Shown in pieces: positions 9,601 through 23,836 of a stretch of DNA of 64,000 nt. The position numbers and the translations under genes are program-made. The notes under the pieces were generated by a model, which did not search any database, was not told where the DNA came from, and worked only from the letters and a program-made list of their open reading frames with translations. The DNA comes from Eledone cirrhosa (taxonomy: Eukaryota), in NCBI GenBank assembly GCA_964016885.1, contig OZ024742.1, positions 121,272,001-121,336,000 on the forward strand, read 5' to 3'. Each line of letters begins with the position of its first letter. The stretch's first letter is position 1.

Positions 9601-12600
9601 ATATCAAATAAGATTTCGCATCTGAAAATCCAATATAGTGTGTATCAAAATAGTCTCTTTAACCCTTTAGCATTTAAACCGGCCAGAATACTCTCCCCTC
9701 TTTCTGTTCAATCTGGGCCAAAAACCGGCTTCTTCAACCAATGTTTATTATATCATCATTATTCTTCTCTTGTCTTGTGGTTTGAATATATCTACTCTCT
9801 TTCTCACATACATGTATATATGAACCTATAACTCCTGATGGAATCATAATGGTGCTCTAGCCATAGTGGTATACAGTGTGTCTTGGGCATTTAAAACCTG
9901 GTGGAGCCCATCCCTTCTCTAGGTTTGAACACAGAGAAGGAAAGAGAGTGTGATAGAAAGGAAGTGAGAAAGAGATATAGAGGAAGAGTCAACCCCAGTA
10001 CTAGACTGGGACTTTATTTAATGACATTGAAAGGATGAAAAGCAAAGTTGACCTCAAAAAGCTGGAATGAATTTTGAAAGACATTCTGTCCAACATTCTA
10101 ACAACTCTGCCAAATTTATCGCCTCCTCATATTTATTTTCATGGAGATATAGTTATATGAATAGACAACTTTTTCCATTATCAAGATTCTCTAGAACTTG
10201 CTATATTTATATTTATTTATTTTTATTTTCCAGTGCCCCAAAGAGAATTGTAATTATTTTGCTGCTCCAAAATTGGTTAAAATTCACATCAAAATGGTAA
10301 ATATTATTGAAAAGTTTTGTTCATTTCATATCCTTTAACCTTATTTTCTTTTCCAATTAAATTACAATATTTGTAATTCTAAGTGAGCACTTGTCACTTC
10401 AAAATAAGAATAGCAATTTCAATGTGAGCTTATTTCACCCCATCAAAATGTAAACATACTTAACTTAATTAACTGAGAAAATAAAGAAAGTGTAGCAAGG
10501 AAGTTATTCAGTCAGAGAATACAAGACTAAATAAAAAAAATTAATTGCAGGCAGTTCAACTATGGATAATAAGAAAGTGCTGCTCATTTCCTATGGAATT
10601 ATGAAATGAAACATAATTTACAGCCTACACCTATCTTCCTTTGAGATTGCATCTCATAGGTGTTCTAATGATAGAGGCTCCAGTCCTATCATGATAAGCA
10701 GCAGGAAATGAAGTGTCATGCCCAAGGAAACAATGCACTACCCAGACCAAGAATCAAGTTCACTACCCAGACCAAGAATCAAGTGCACTACCCAGACCAA
10801 GAATCAAGTGCACTACCCAGACCAAGAATCAAGTTCACTACCCAGACCAAGAATCAAGTTCACTACCCAGACCAAGAATCAAGTTCACTACCCAGACCAA
10901 GAATCAAGTTCACTACCCAGACCAAGAATCAAGTTCACTACCCAGACCAAGAATCAAGTTCACTACCCAGACCAAGAATCAAGTTCACTACCCAGACCAA
11001 GAATCAAGTTCACTACCCAGACCAAGAATCAAGTTCACTACCCAGACCAAGAATCAAGTGCACTACCCAAACCAAGAATCAAGTTCACTACCCAGACCAA
11101 GAATCAAGTGCACTACTCAGACCAAGAATCAAGTGCACTACCCAGACCAAGAATCAAGTTCACTACCCAGACCAAGAATCAAGTTCACTACCCAGACCAA
11201 GAATCAAGTTCACTACCCAGACCAAGAATCAAGTTCACTACCCAGACCAAGAATCAAGTTCACTACCCAGACCAAGAATCAAGTGCACTACCCAGACCAA
11301 GAATCAAGTGCACTACCCAGACCCAGAATCAAGTGCACTACCCAGACCAAGAATCAAGTTCACTACCCAGACCAAGAATCAAGTGCACTACCCAGGCCAA
11401 GAATCAAGTGCACTACCCAGACCAAGAATCAAGTGCACTACCCAGGCCAAGAATCAAGTGCACAACATCATGATCATCAATCCAACACCCTGAGCCACAT
11501 ACTTTTACCTGTTAAATTATGCATTTATAAAGTCTATGATGTAGTGTGTGAAGGCACGTGGCTTTGTGGTTAGAGTATTCGGCTCACATTCGTAAAGCCG
11601 TGAGTTCTGGCAAATTCTCACATAAATATGCTGGCGCATTGTGTCCTTGAGCAAGATGCTTTATTTCACGTTGTTCCAGTCCACTCAGCTGGCAAAAATG
11701 AGTTGTACTTGAAATTTGCTGAGCCAGCCTTGTCACATTCTGTGTCATTCTGAATCTCCCTGACAAACTACATTAAGGGTATGCATATCTGTGGAATGCT
11801 CAGCCACTTGCACGTTAATTTCATGAGCAGGCTGTTCCGTTGATTGGATCAACTGGAACACTCGCCGTAACCGGTGGAGTGCCAGTCGATGAAGTGTATT
11901 GTTTCGAAAGTCATTGAGTGAACAGTTTTTGTGCTCAGTGTGGCACCTAATCATTTAACCCTTTTATTACCATATTTCTAATGAAAGACATTAGTTTGTA
12001 TTTTAGAACAAAACATAACAACTTATGATGCAATGTTTTTAGATTATATGTTTTGTATCATAGAACCATGGGTGGTTTCAGGCAGTTTGATATCAAAAGG
12101 GTTAATAGTTAAACTGTTTTATGACCTCTCCCATTCCTTTAAACTCATTTAATCTATCTTGATTATATTTCAGCACCATGATACAGGATTGGCGAAAAAA
12201 ATATGGAACATAGAATCTCAGGAAGAAATTGACAAATGGATTGCAGAAAGGAAAAGGTAGAATATTTGCTAACTCTATCTTTAAGGGGAAAATATATAAA
12301 ATAGATAATAATGTTTCTACTTTTGGCACAAGGCCAGCAATTATCCCAGTGCATTACTGGTCCTTTATTTTATTGACCCTGTAAGGATGAAAGGCAAAGC
12401 TAACCTCGGTGGGATTTGAACTCAGAACATAAAGAGCCATAACTCTATGCTGCAAAGCATAGTGTCTGATGCTTTACCAATACTACCAAACCACCACAAA
12501 ATAGATAATAATAAAAAAAGAAAAGTAAATATTAAATGTCAGGAAATACAAAAGAATTAAGAAGTTGTCATGTGCAGTGGCTTGGTGGTTAGGGTGCTAG

Positions 12601-15600
12601 AATTTGTAATGGGTTAAATTCATGGCAGCAGTGTTTCATAATATCTTTAAACCAAGCACAGTGTTAGTCTAAAGAATATGTGTTTTGGTCATATACAAAC
12701 TAAAGATGAGTCTAATTAAATTTTATTTTGATTGATTGTTTCATCATCATCATCATCATCACCATCATTTAACATCCGTTTTCCTTGCAACAAGCTTTGA
12801 GCAGGTTGTCACAAACCACATCAGTAGATAATTGAAGCTACTGACCTCTCAGAGAGGTTGAAGGCTGCATCTTGCTTACATACATCGTCTTGACTACAGA
12901 GTGCACTTGGTGCATTTCATTGTGCGACCAGCATTTGGGAGGTTATCATATCTTATACACAACTGAAGAGTCCTCTTGACACTTTGGCATGTTTTCTTTA
13001 CAGAGTGTATTAGGTGCATTTTTTATTGTGGCAATGGCACCAGGGAAGTTGTCATGTCTTATACACAACTGAAGAGTCCTCTTAACTGTATGTTAGGCAA
13101 GTTCTCTGGTTTGGTACTCTTCCTATTACCAACTGCTTTATATGGTGTACTAAGTGCATTTTTTCATGGCACCAGTACTAGGGATGCTGTTGGTCATTAA
13201 CTCAAGTGAAGGGCTCTCTCTACCCTATGGGAGAGGTGACTTATTCTAAGTCAGATGTGTTTGAATAGAAGATGTAAGAAGGATGATAACCCTGAGGTAT
13301 TCTTATAGCATATTATTGATAGGGATATTTCTTTAGTAATCTATGAGTGGCTTTCAACTCACCAGTGTAAACTAGCAAAACACTCTGGTTATATAGTGTT
13401 GATGCCCATGCAAGTATGGAAAATAAGATGTAAAACTGTGATGTTTACACCTTGGTACGTATTTAAAACTATCACCCCACCCACTCCCATACATTCCCCA
13501 TGAAGACAAGCTGAAGTATACATCATCCAACGAAGCCTTCAGCCCCCACAGTAAAGTTGTCATGATGGCGACATGGCAAAAAGTGCCCAGTCCACACTGT
13601 AAAGTGGTCATGTAGGTGTCAACAAAAAGCAGCCAGTACTCACTGTAAATGAGGTTGGTGTTAGGAAGGGCATCCAGCTGTAGAAACAAAGCCAAAATCA
13701 GTTCTGTATGAGAAAGACATGGCCACCTGACCTGCCATTGCTCACAACAGGATAATTCGTCTAATCCATGCCAGCGTGGAAGAATGGACGTTAAATAGTG
13801 ATGATGACTATTCTGAGCTGTCATGGTCATGAACAAAATGTACTATGATTGATTTTGATCTGTTGATACATTTATTGATAAACTTTACCACACTACACAG
13901 ACTACAACTACTTCTATTGTTTAACAAGTCAATGTGTTGATACATTGCTAAAACCAAATTAGTGCTGAGTCTATTGAAGCATGCAACTTATTCCTTTAGT
14001 ATTTAAACCAACCATATCCGGCCACAATTCTCTCACTACTTTCTGTTCAAACCGGCTGTAACTGGCCACTCATACTGATGTTAAGGTATTGTTCTCAAAA
14101 CAAATAATATCAAAATCTCATAGATTTGATATTATGTGAGCAAAATATAATAGTAAATATAGAGTAATGTAAATGCTAAAGGATTAATAATCCAAGTGAA
14201 ATAGTTTATTTAATATCAAGTTTTTAATTTAATTTCATGTTTATCTTATCCAATGTTTGTTTTATTTTTCTTTCAAGAAATTTCCCAACTGTTGCTAATA
14301 TTGCTAAGAAGCAATCCATAATTGATGACAAAATTGCTCGTGGAGAAGTCCTAGCTTCAAAGTAAGTCATTATTCATATACTACAACATTTCATTTGATG
14401 TCACTATATTATTTGGTTGAATTCTGCCAAGAGGCTGTTGAAGGTGTTACATTGATTTTGAACTTTACTAAATTAACATTATATATATGTGTGTGTGTGT
14501 GTGTGTATATATATAAGAGGAAGACCAAGGTTAACATATGTTGATGCCTTAAGGACAGACACTGGTCTGTTGGAGATGCAGGATATGGCAGCGATAATGA
14601 GGGACAGAGACCGCTGGAGAGAACTCGTCCATGGATCTCGGGAATTTTACCCGCCTTAGATAGATAGATATATATAAATGAAGGCGCATGGCTTAGCGGT
14701 TAGAGCATTGGGCTTGCAATCGAGAGGTTGTGAGTTCAATTCTCGGACCAGGTGATGTGTTGTTTCCTTGAGCAAGACACTTTATTTCACATTACTACAG
14801 TTTACTCAGCTATAGAAATGGGATGATAGGACTGGGGTCTTTATCATTCCACTGCAAAGTGGTTGTGGAGGTGCCACGGCAAAAAAAAGCACCCAGCCCA
14901 CACTGTAAAGTGGACATGTAGGCGCCATGGAAAAAAAGCACCCAGCACTCACTGTAAATGAGGTTGGTGTTAGGAAGGGCATCCAACTGTAGAAATCAAG
15001 CCAGAATCAGTTTCCGTATGAACAAGACAAGGTCAGCTGACAGGACAACCTGTCTAACCCATGCTAGCATGGAAGAACGGACGTAAAACGGTGATGATGA
15101 TGATGATGATGATATAAAGAGAGAGAGGAATGGAAGAAATAAATGAAACAGCTCTAGACCTGTACAAGTTATTTTTATATTAAATAAATACACACACACA
15201 CACATTCATATACATCAGGACCCTCCATTTGTCTCAAGAGACGCTCTAACGACTCAGCTTAGGCATATCTATTTTAGATTTATTGAAGCTATTTTTGAAT
15301 GAATATAACATCCCATTGAAGCTATTTTTTAATGAATATAACATCCCATTGAACAATATTGTGTATCTGATTGAGAGCCTACTATGGTAGGTAGATACAG
15401 AGGTTTCTCTTCTCTCTTAAAACTGTCAACATCATTTTTAACAGTTCACTGTGTGCCACACCAGCAGCATTTAGTGGCAAAACATATTGATAGAGTGATA
15501 TACTGCAGTGATATACTGCAGTGATATACTGCAGTGATATACTGCAGTGATATACCGCAGTGATATACTGCTTAGTGATATACTGCAGTGATATACTGCA

Positions 15601-18600
15601 GTGATATACTGCAGTGATATACTGCTTAGTGATATACTGCAGTGATATACTGCTTAGTGATATACTGCAGTGATATACTGCTTAGTGATATACTGCTTAG
15701 TGATATACTGCTTAGTGATATACTGCTTAGTGATATACTGCAGTGATATACTGCTTAGTGATATACTGCAGTGATATACTGCAGTGATATACTGCAGTGA
15801 TATACTGCAGTGATATACTGCAGTGATATACTGCAGTGATATACTGCAGTTAGTTATTAAAACTGTGAACAAGCTAAAATCAAATTCTTTATCTGAATGA
15901 ATTTTCCATCAACTGTGCCTTGATGATGACTATGTGAGGTTTTTGTACCATACTGATGTATGATGGTTGTCAAGACAACTGTGTTGTCCTTTTTGTTGAA
16001 TTGTTTGATACAATAAATAATTTATATCCAAAACACTCGACTATCCACTTATCTGATTACTTCAAAATGTGATTTTTTTCCTTATTCTTTAACCCTAATC
16101 ATAAAACTTAATAATATCCTTTATAATTAAATTTACTAAAATATAGTTTTAAATGGTCAAATTTACTTTCATTCATTCTTTAATTGGATATTAACAGCAG
16201 CAACACTCGCATAAGTCAGCATTATTTGTTACCTTCCTTAGGTATTTTTTTTACTACATCATAAAAAGTCAGTTAATGAACCAGTAACAAACTTTTACCA
16301 AACAGTTTTAGTATGCTTTTTAATATTTACTATAAAGGTGGGTGGTGGAAAATTTTTCTATGTGAAAGTGGGCAATGAAGTGAAAAAGGTTGGGAACCTC
16401 TGACCAAGAGTAAGGATCTGTTCCACTTATGGTCTATACTTGTAACTAAGAGAATTGAACCATTTATTAATGGTATAGACAGATTAGATTCATAAAGTCT
16501 ATTGCTACCCAGGCTGTTAACTAAAATCAGAAACTACACTCCAATACTCTATTATATTCAGAAACAGCTCTCATTGATATTTTGAATTGTGTTCTATTAC
16601 TTATAAGTGCATTAAGGTATTCTACATGTACATTTATATAGCTCTTACAAATGCTTACTAAATTATTTAATGAGCAGTTTGAAATGAATCCAACATTTCC
16701 CATCTGGCCTGGACTTGTTACCAGCTTGGAAATTGTTTATATTTTGCACCTGACCTAGGTCTATTACTAGCTTGGGGAGAGTTTATATTTCCCATCTGGC
16801 CTGAATCTGTAACCAGCTAGAGGGGTCTATATTTTACATCTGGCTTGGTCCTGTTACCAGATTGGCAAGTGGTGTCTATATTTTAAATATGGCCTGGTTC
16901 TATTACCAGATTAAGGTGGTGGTGGTGGGGTATCTATATGTTACATCTTGTCTTGTTCTATTACCAGATTGGGTGGGGTGTTTATATTTTACATATGGCC
17001 TGGTCCTGTTACCAGATTGGGAGTTGGTTGGCTACATTTGGCTTATTACCAGCTTTGCTTATTATTTTTTTCTTTACTTAACTATTCATTAGGAATAAAC
17101 TTATATAAGTCTGTTTAGAAATCTGAGGATGTATTTATGGTTGTTGCTTATAAATCTTATGATTTTTTTTTTAAGGTCCTTCCACCACAGACCAGACATG
17201 CCCAGAGGAAAGCGTCGTTTTGTTCAGGCTAAACATTTAACAAATGGTTTAAAAAAGGTATTCATTTTATTATTAAGTTATTGTTAGGGTGATGGATTTG
17301 CAGAATCAGTAGAGTGTTGGACAACATGCTTTGCAGCATATAGTTATGGACTTTTACATTCTGAATTTAAATCCTGCTAAGGTTAAAATAGAGTACCAAT
17401 AATTGTTTCTACTTTTGGCACAAGGCCGGCAATAACGCCAGTGCATTACTGGTACTTTATTTTATCGACCCTGTGAGGATGAAAGGCAAAGTTAATAATG
17501 CATTGGGTTCAATTAAATCAACTTTCTCTTCCCCTTCAAATTGCTGACCTTGTGCCAAATGTAGAAACAATTATTAAGTTAATGTTGTGCATGTACAAAT
17601 AATGGTTTTAGTGGACTGCTGTTGCAGTGTTAGATGTTTCTTCGTGTCTTAATGAAATTATTTATAATATATTAAATCTTTTAGTGAAGACATGGTTGTG
17701 TGGTTCATTTTGTTATGTAGTTCCGGTTTAATATGAGGACACACATTGGTCAAGTATCTATCATAGCATCTAGTCAACCAAAACATTGCAGTAAAATTTG
17801 TCTGAAGTTTCTAAAATAAATAGTGAGCAAATTGTTGCAGAGAGAACTTAATGTAACTGACTAAAACCTTAAAAGGTGGTGCCTTAGCATGGCTATAGTC
17901 AAATGACACAAGTGAAAATAAAAGTATAAACTGATGTCAAGCAATAGGTTCTGGTGTGACATTATCTTCACCCTTTAGCATTTACATTACTCTATATTTA
18001 CTATTACATTTTCATTCTAAAAGCTTTATCTTACGTAATATCGAATCTATGAGATTTTGATATTATTTATTCTGAGAACAATACATTAACATCAGTATGA
18101 GTGGCTGATTACAGCCGGTTTGAAAGAGGTGAGAGAATTCTGGACGGATACGGCCAGTTTAAAGGCTAAAGGGTTAACAAGTACTTATTTAGTTCTTTTT
18201 ACTCTCCATGGAGTATTGGGCAATGAGAGCTCTCCATTTCACAAGATGGCAAGCCTTTATAATGGGCCTGCTCCCAGGCCAGGTATTTGCTTGTCTTTTC
18301 CATAACAATTTTGACTAATGGAGAGGTAAAGTCACTATGTTGTACTCCATCCCTCCATCTTTCGCTCATTTTAACAAGTTAGCTATTGCTAAATATTTGT
18401 CCTTTATTTGAAGGCCTGAAAGGTAAAGTCAAACCTAGCTGAATTTAAAATCTAAACACAGCAATTAAGTTTGTGAATTTTTATTTCAACCCAGAAAAAA
18501 TCCTGCAAAATCTAATGGCAGGAAAACAATTGTGAATCAAAATTGTTATGCTTGTTACAGATAAAATTTATTATGAATAGAGAGTGATTTAAAAATAAAT

Positions 18601-21600
18601 AAATGTTTACAAATCATTATTTCTATTTTGACTTTGCCTTTCATCCTTACGGGGTCGATAAAATAAAGTACCAGTAATGCACTGGGTAATTGCTGGCCTT
18701 GTGCCTAAAGTAGAAACAATTATTTCTATTTTGTATCATATTTAATGTGAGTTTTTTTCCTTATTTTTTTCTCCTTTTAGAATCAAAATGATTGTTCTAG
18801 TGACACAAACAAGACTGCAGACAAAAATAACTTGAATTCAAAAAATGGTAAGATGTTTGGATGGTAATATCTGTCTAAATTCCTTCTCTGTAATTTATTT
18901 TAACATAATGAAATATAAAGTGAGAAATGCCCGAGAATATGAGATATGTTAGCGGTGAGCATAACTTGTAAACTAGTTTTCAATCCCATTTTCAACTTTT
19001 CGCTTCATTTAATATTGTTTAATGGTTTTGTTTGAAAAGGTAAGAATAAACCTCATCTCAACACTGCAAGTTCTCAAACTAAGAGAGAAGCTTCTACATA
19101 GTCGGTTGACCAACTAGAAATAGCAATCAAAGCTCCTTCAAATCACACCCTACTATCTTAAAAAAGGGATGCATTGGATGATTGTGTGGTTAAGGAATTT
19201 ACTTCAGAACAGCATCGTTTCATGTTCAGTACAATGGTGTGGCACCTTGGACAAATGACTTCTACCAATGTTTTATCAGTGAGCTTGTAATCATAAACTG
19301 TAAGGAAGCCTGTCATATCATCCTGCTTTCCCTGCTATACAAAAGAATGTGTGGCATATATAATGTGCTGGACTTGAAGTTTGTTCTCTGACATTTAGTT
19401 ACTTCTGTGTATACTTTTATTTCACCATATCATTCATCTACAAAAAAAAAAAAAAAAAATGTAGCTCTAAAAAGTGTAATTTTGCTTTCTTAGCTTCACA
19501 TACTTACTAAAGGAAACTTCTGGAGTATGATGGAAAACTACATTTACACACACACACACACCAATGAATCTAGTTAAAATGCTGTGAAGTGGACATATTT
19601 CAAAATGGCTGCTCTCTTATACATGGTCAAGAGGGTTCTTAATTTTGAAAAACTTCCTTGCTAGTGTTGTCACAATAAATACATCAAACTTTAATGGTTG
19701 ATAAAAAGCAAGGCATTCAGATTAAAAATAAACAGCAGCCGATTTAAATATACTGAATCAAACCATTTATTTCTTTTTCATCTAACATCTCATTAACATT
19801 CTTCTAATTTAGATCTTGTGAAAAACTATGATTTTGACAGTCCTGAACAAGATGGTAAGTATAATTTCTTATATCATCATCATCATCATCATCAACGTTT
19901 AACGTCCGTGTTCCACGCTTGCATGGGTTTGGACGGGGGTAGTCCCACTTGAGGCAAGAGTGATTGTCTTGCTCGCATAGGACTGTCTGGCAGGTTTTCT
20001 ACAGTTGGATGCCCTTCCTAACACCAACCACATTTACAGTGTGGGTCTGGGAGGTTTTTACCGTGTTGCCTACACGGCCACATTACAGCGTGGACTGTGT
20101 GTTTTTTTGTCGTGACACCTACACGATCTCATTTGTTTCGGCCTCGATGGCGCGGCACCAACATAACTTTACATAGAACGGGGTGGTGTGGATCGGGTGG
20201 GGGTGGTGGGACGGGGTGTATTTTGTTAAGAGATGCCTACTGGCTGGAGTAGGTTTTACTATATATTTAGGTAAGGCGGGTCTTCTCTGTTACTGAGTAC
20301 CGCCAAAGGTCTCGGTCCAGTGACATTGTCTTGGAGAGGTGTAAGTGTGTGATGTCGGAGTTTATCAGCTCGTCCCAGGTTTTTCTAGGTCTGCCTATTC
20401 CGTGACTACCGTCTATCTTTATTGCCCTGCACTTTGTTATACAGCTATCGACTTTCATGCGCATCACGTGTCCATACCAACGTAGCCTTCTCTCGAGTAA
20501 ACAACATCTGATCCCTCTTATCTCTAATTTATTCCTTAGTTCGTTTATGCTTTGCCGTTCACGTATATTACTGTTACACATCCAGCGGAGCATGCAAGCT
20601 TCGTTCCTCTCTAGTCTGCGTATATCCTCTGCACACAATGCCCAGGTCTCACTGCCATGCAGCATTGCTGTTCGTATGCAGGCATCGTACAACCTGCCTT
20701 TCATTTTTAGTGAGAACCCTTTAGCAGCTAATAGTGGTATAAGCTCTCTGAACTTTTTCCAACCAGTTCTGACTCTAGCTACAGTACTTTCAGAGCACCC
20801 TCCCCCACTGCTGATTTTATCGCCCAGGTAACGGAAGCTGTCCACTATTTCTATAGAACCCTCTGCGCAATTGAAAGAGCTAGTAGTTTGTGGGCACTTG
20901 CTGCTACTTATTGCACCAGAGCACCGGCCACATGTAAAATCTATGTTCTTAGTTAGCCTACCTGTGATCCCACTACATCTTTTATGCACCCATACTTTGC
21001 ATTTAGGACATAAAATGGAGTTTCTACCTACGCCTTTCCTACACACCGAGCACGACCATTTCCCAGAAGGGACCGCCGCCTTGTTTTCTTTCCTACAAAC
21101 TAGTACTTTGGTCTTAGCCAGGTTAATTTTAAGTCCTTTTGACTCTAGGCCGTGCTTCCATGTTTGGAATTTCTTCTCTAGCTCGGCCATTGATTCCGCT
21201 ATGAGTGTCAGGTCGTCTGCGTATAGGAGTTCCCATGGGCAGCCTGTCTTGAACTCCTCTGTTATGGCCTGAAGGGCAATAATAAATAGTAGTGGACTGA
21301 GAACAGAGCCCTGATGGACGCCGACTTTTACGCTAAACTCTTCACTATATTCGTTGTTAATTCTAACCTTGCTGACTGTTTCTTTATACATGGCTTGTAT
21401 AGCCCTCACAAGCCATTCGTCAACGCCTAGTTTTCTAAGAGCCCACCAGATAATGGAGCGGGGGACTCTGTCGAAGGCTTTCTCCAAGTCGACAAAAGCT
21501 AAGTAGAGGGGTTTACCTTTAGCTAGGTACTTCTCTTGTAGTTGTCGTACTATGAAAAGAGCGTCTGTGGTACTTTTGCCTGACACAAACCCGAACTGCA

Positions 21601-23794
21601 TTTCATCTAGGTCAATTCTCTCTCTGATTAGTTGCGCTATTACTCTTTCCGTGACCTTCATGACCTGGTCGATTAATTTAATGCCTCTATAGTTACTCCT
21701 ATCTAGGGCGTCTCCTTTACCCTTATAACAGTTAACGATGATGCTGCTATGCCAGTCCTTCGGAACAACCCCGTTCTGTACGACTTGGTTAACTATGCGG
21801 GTGACCATGGTGTGTCCCACCGTGCCAGATGCCTTCAGCATCTCAGCAACTATTTCCGAAGGCCCAGCCGCCTTACCAGTCTTCATATCCTTGATTGCCT
21901 TACTTATTATACTCCCCTCGACTAACACTGCTGGTCCCTCTATTGGGTCGATATGGGGGAGACTGCCTTTCTCCCAATTATTCTCCTCATTTAGAAGCCT
22001 TTCATAGTGACACTTCCAAGCTACCTTCTTATCAGCGTCGGTGATGGCAAGTGTGCCATCGTCGTTTAGTACACACTTCTCCCCGACAATATCACGGTTT
22101 TCCTTGACGCATTGCCTAGCAATCCTGAACACCTCACGTTTTTGGTCATCGCGTTGTAGAACATGCTTGAACTTTCTTTCCTCAGCTTCCCTTCTTGCTA
22201 AGTACACTTGTCTCCTAGCTTCCCTCCTGGCCACTTGATAGTCCTCTCTACTTCCCCCATCCCGCCATACTTTCCAAGCCTGCTTTTTGGCCTTAATTGA
22301 CCCCTCCACCTTACTGTTCCACCACCATGTTACTCTCCTCCTGCCTACAGGCCTGCTCCAGCCACAGACCTCGTCTGTCGCCAACATATATATATATATA
22401 GTGAAAAATGGAACGGGAACAAAACAGAGGCAGTATGATATATATATGGATGAATGCATGCATGGGTGAACTTAATCCAATATTATTTAAGGTTCTTGTT
22501 TAACTTCAAGTCAAATCTAGCTACAAGCTGTGACTTCATCTTTTTACCTTCCCATTTTCAAAACGTTGGTATTTGTTTTGAGGGGCATTTAGCTGCTATT
22601 TCCTTTGTTTATGTCATCAAGTGACTATGTGGCATAGCTTTCTTTAGATAGAACTGACCACAGGTGTTCAACAACAACAATATTTATAGAATACTTTCAA
22701 AGTAGTTAAACAAGAAAATAGTAAATTGTTAATAATAAGATTGTAATTTTTGAGATTATTTACTCATCTTTGGAGAAGGAAAAATGCTTTATATTTACAT
22801 CTACACTACAATTCCATCTCTGGTCAACATTAGGTATTTTATTCTTATTCTTCTTTGCCAACTTGTAACTGAGAGGTTTGTTGAGGCAGTGTCTTCAGAC
22901 ATACCTTCCAGTGGGTTCTACCAAATGATCCAGCTGGATTCCTAAACAAGACCAACCAAGCTTATGGATGTTTACCTTTTTTGTTCTACCTATTTTATTC
23001 TTAATGTTAATAATGTTCCTATCTACTGGGCCATGCATTAGTTGTCTTTAGTTTAGCCTAATGAAGTTTCCTGGTTGAAACCCAGCTGAGATTAAAATGT
23101 AAAAGTTACAGCATATAAAAATACTATATTTTTCATCTAAAGATCAGCTTAATAGCCTAAAATATTAGAATTTTAATAAAATTGAATTTTTATAATTTAG
23201 TAATAATTTTTAAATTCAGATTTTGCCCAATGATTCTATATCAATTTTTTTCCAGTTTTAGGTAAACATTCTAATAAATTTGTATTTATTTATATGTATT
23301 TTTCTTTAGAAGAAAATAATGTGCCTCTGAAGAAGAAACATGCCAACCATGTATCTGAATTTCCCAAACCACCATGGGAAAGTAGAGTATTCCTTCGAAC
23401 TCGACCAACTCTGTTAGAAAAGGTGAGTAATGCTATTTTGCTAAATTGTAATTAATAAAGTTGAAAGCCATAAGTAATATCATCATCATTATTATCATTG
23501 TTATGAGACTGGAAATCCTTATTATTACACATACATACTTATGAATACATGTACTTTGTCATATCTGTGGAAATGTAATACATATATATTTTTATTTTGT
23601 TTGACCTGTTTAGCTTGACTTGTTTTTTGGCTTAGGTGGTTAATGCCTTCTTGACCACTTTTTCAGTTTGTATGGCGTTTTAACATATACGTTTAGCTCT
23701 GGTTTTTTTAACTATTGAGCGCTTGCCAGCATAACTCTGATTTTGCGTGTCGTTTCGCTTTTTCTACCCGCCGAAATGTGATTCTCGCTGAATT

Positions 23795-23836
<42 letters not shown>

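Noticed and set aside
10708-11573. Three 250-290 aa ORFs or a CRISPR-like array
   Set aside because: Stop-free translations of a 25-bp tandem repeat; no unique spacers.
15915-15960. Intronic box C/D snoRNA in NUFIP1 (TGATGA...CTGA)
   Set aside because: Boxes are only ~35 nt apart and there is no terminal stem.
20457-22238. Plus-strand ORFs overlapping the RTE LINE (likewise the antisense ORFs within 35468-38977)
   Set aside because: Antisense shadows of a long coding frame; no independent motifs.
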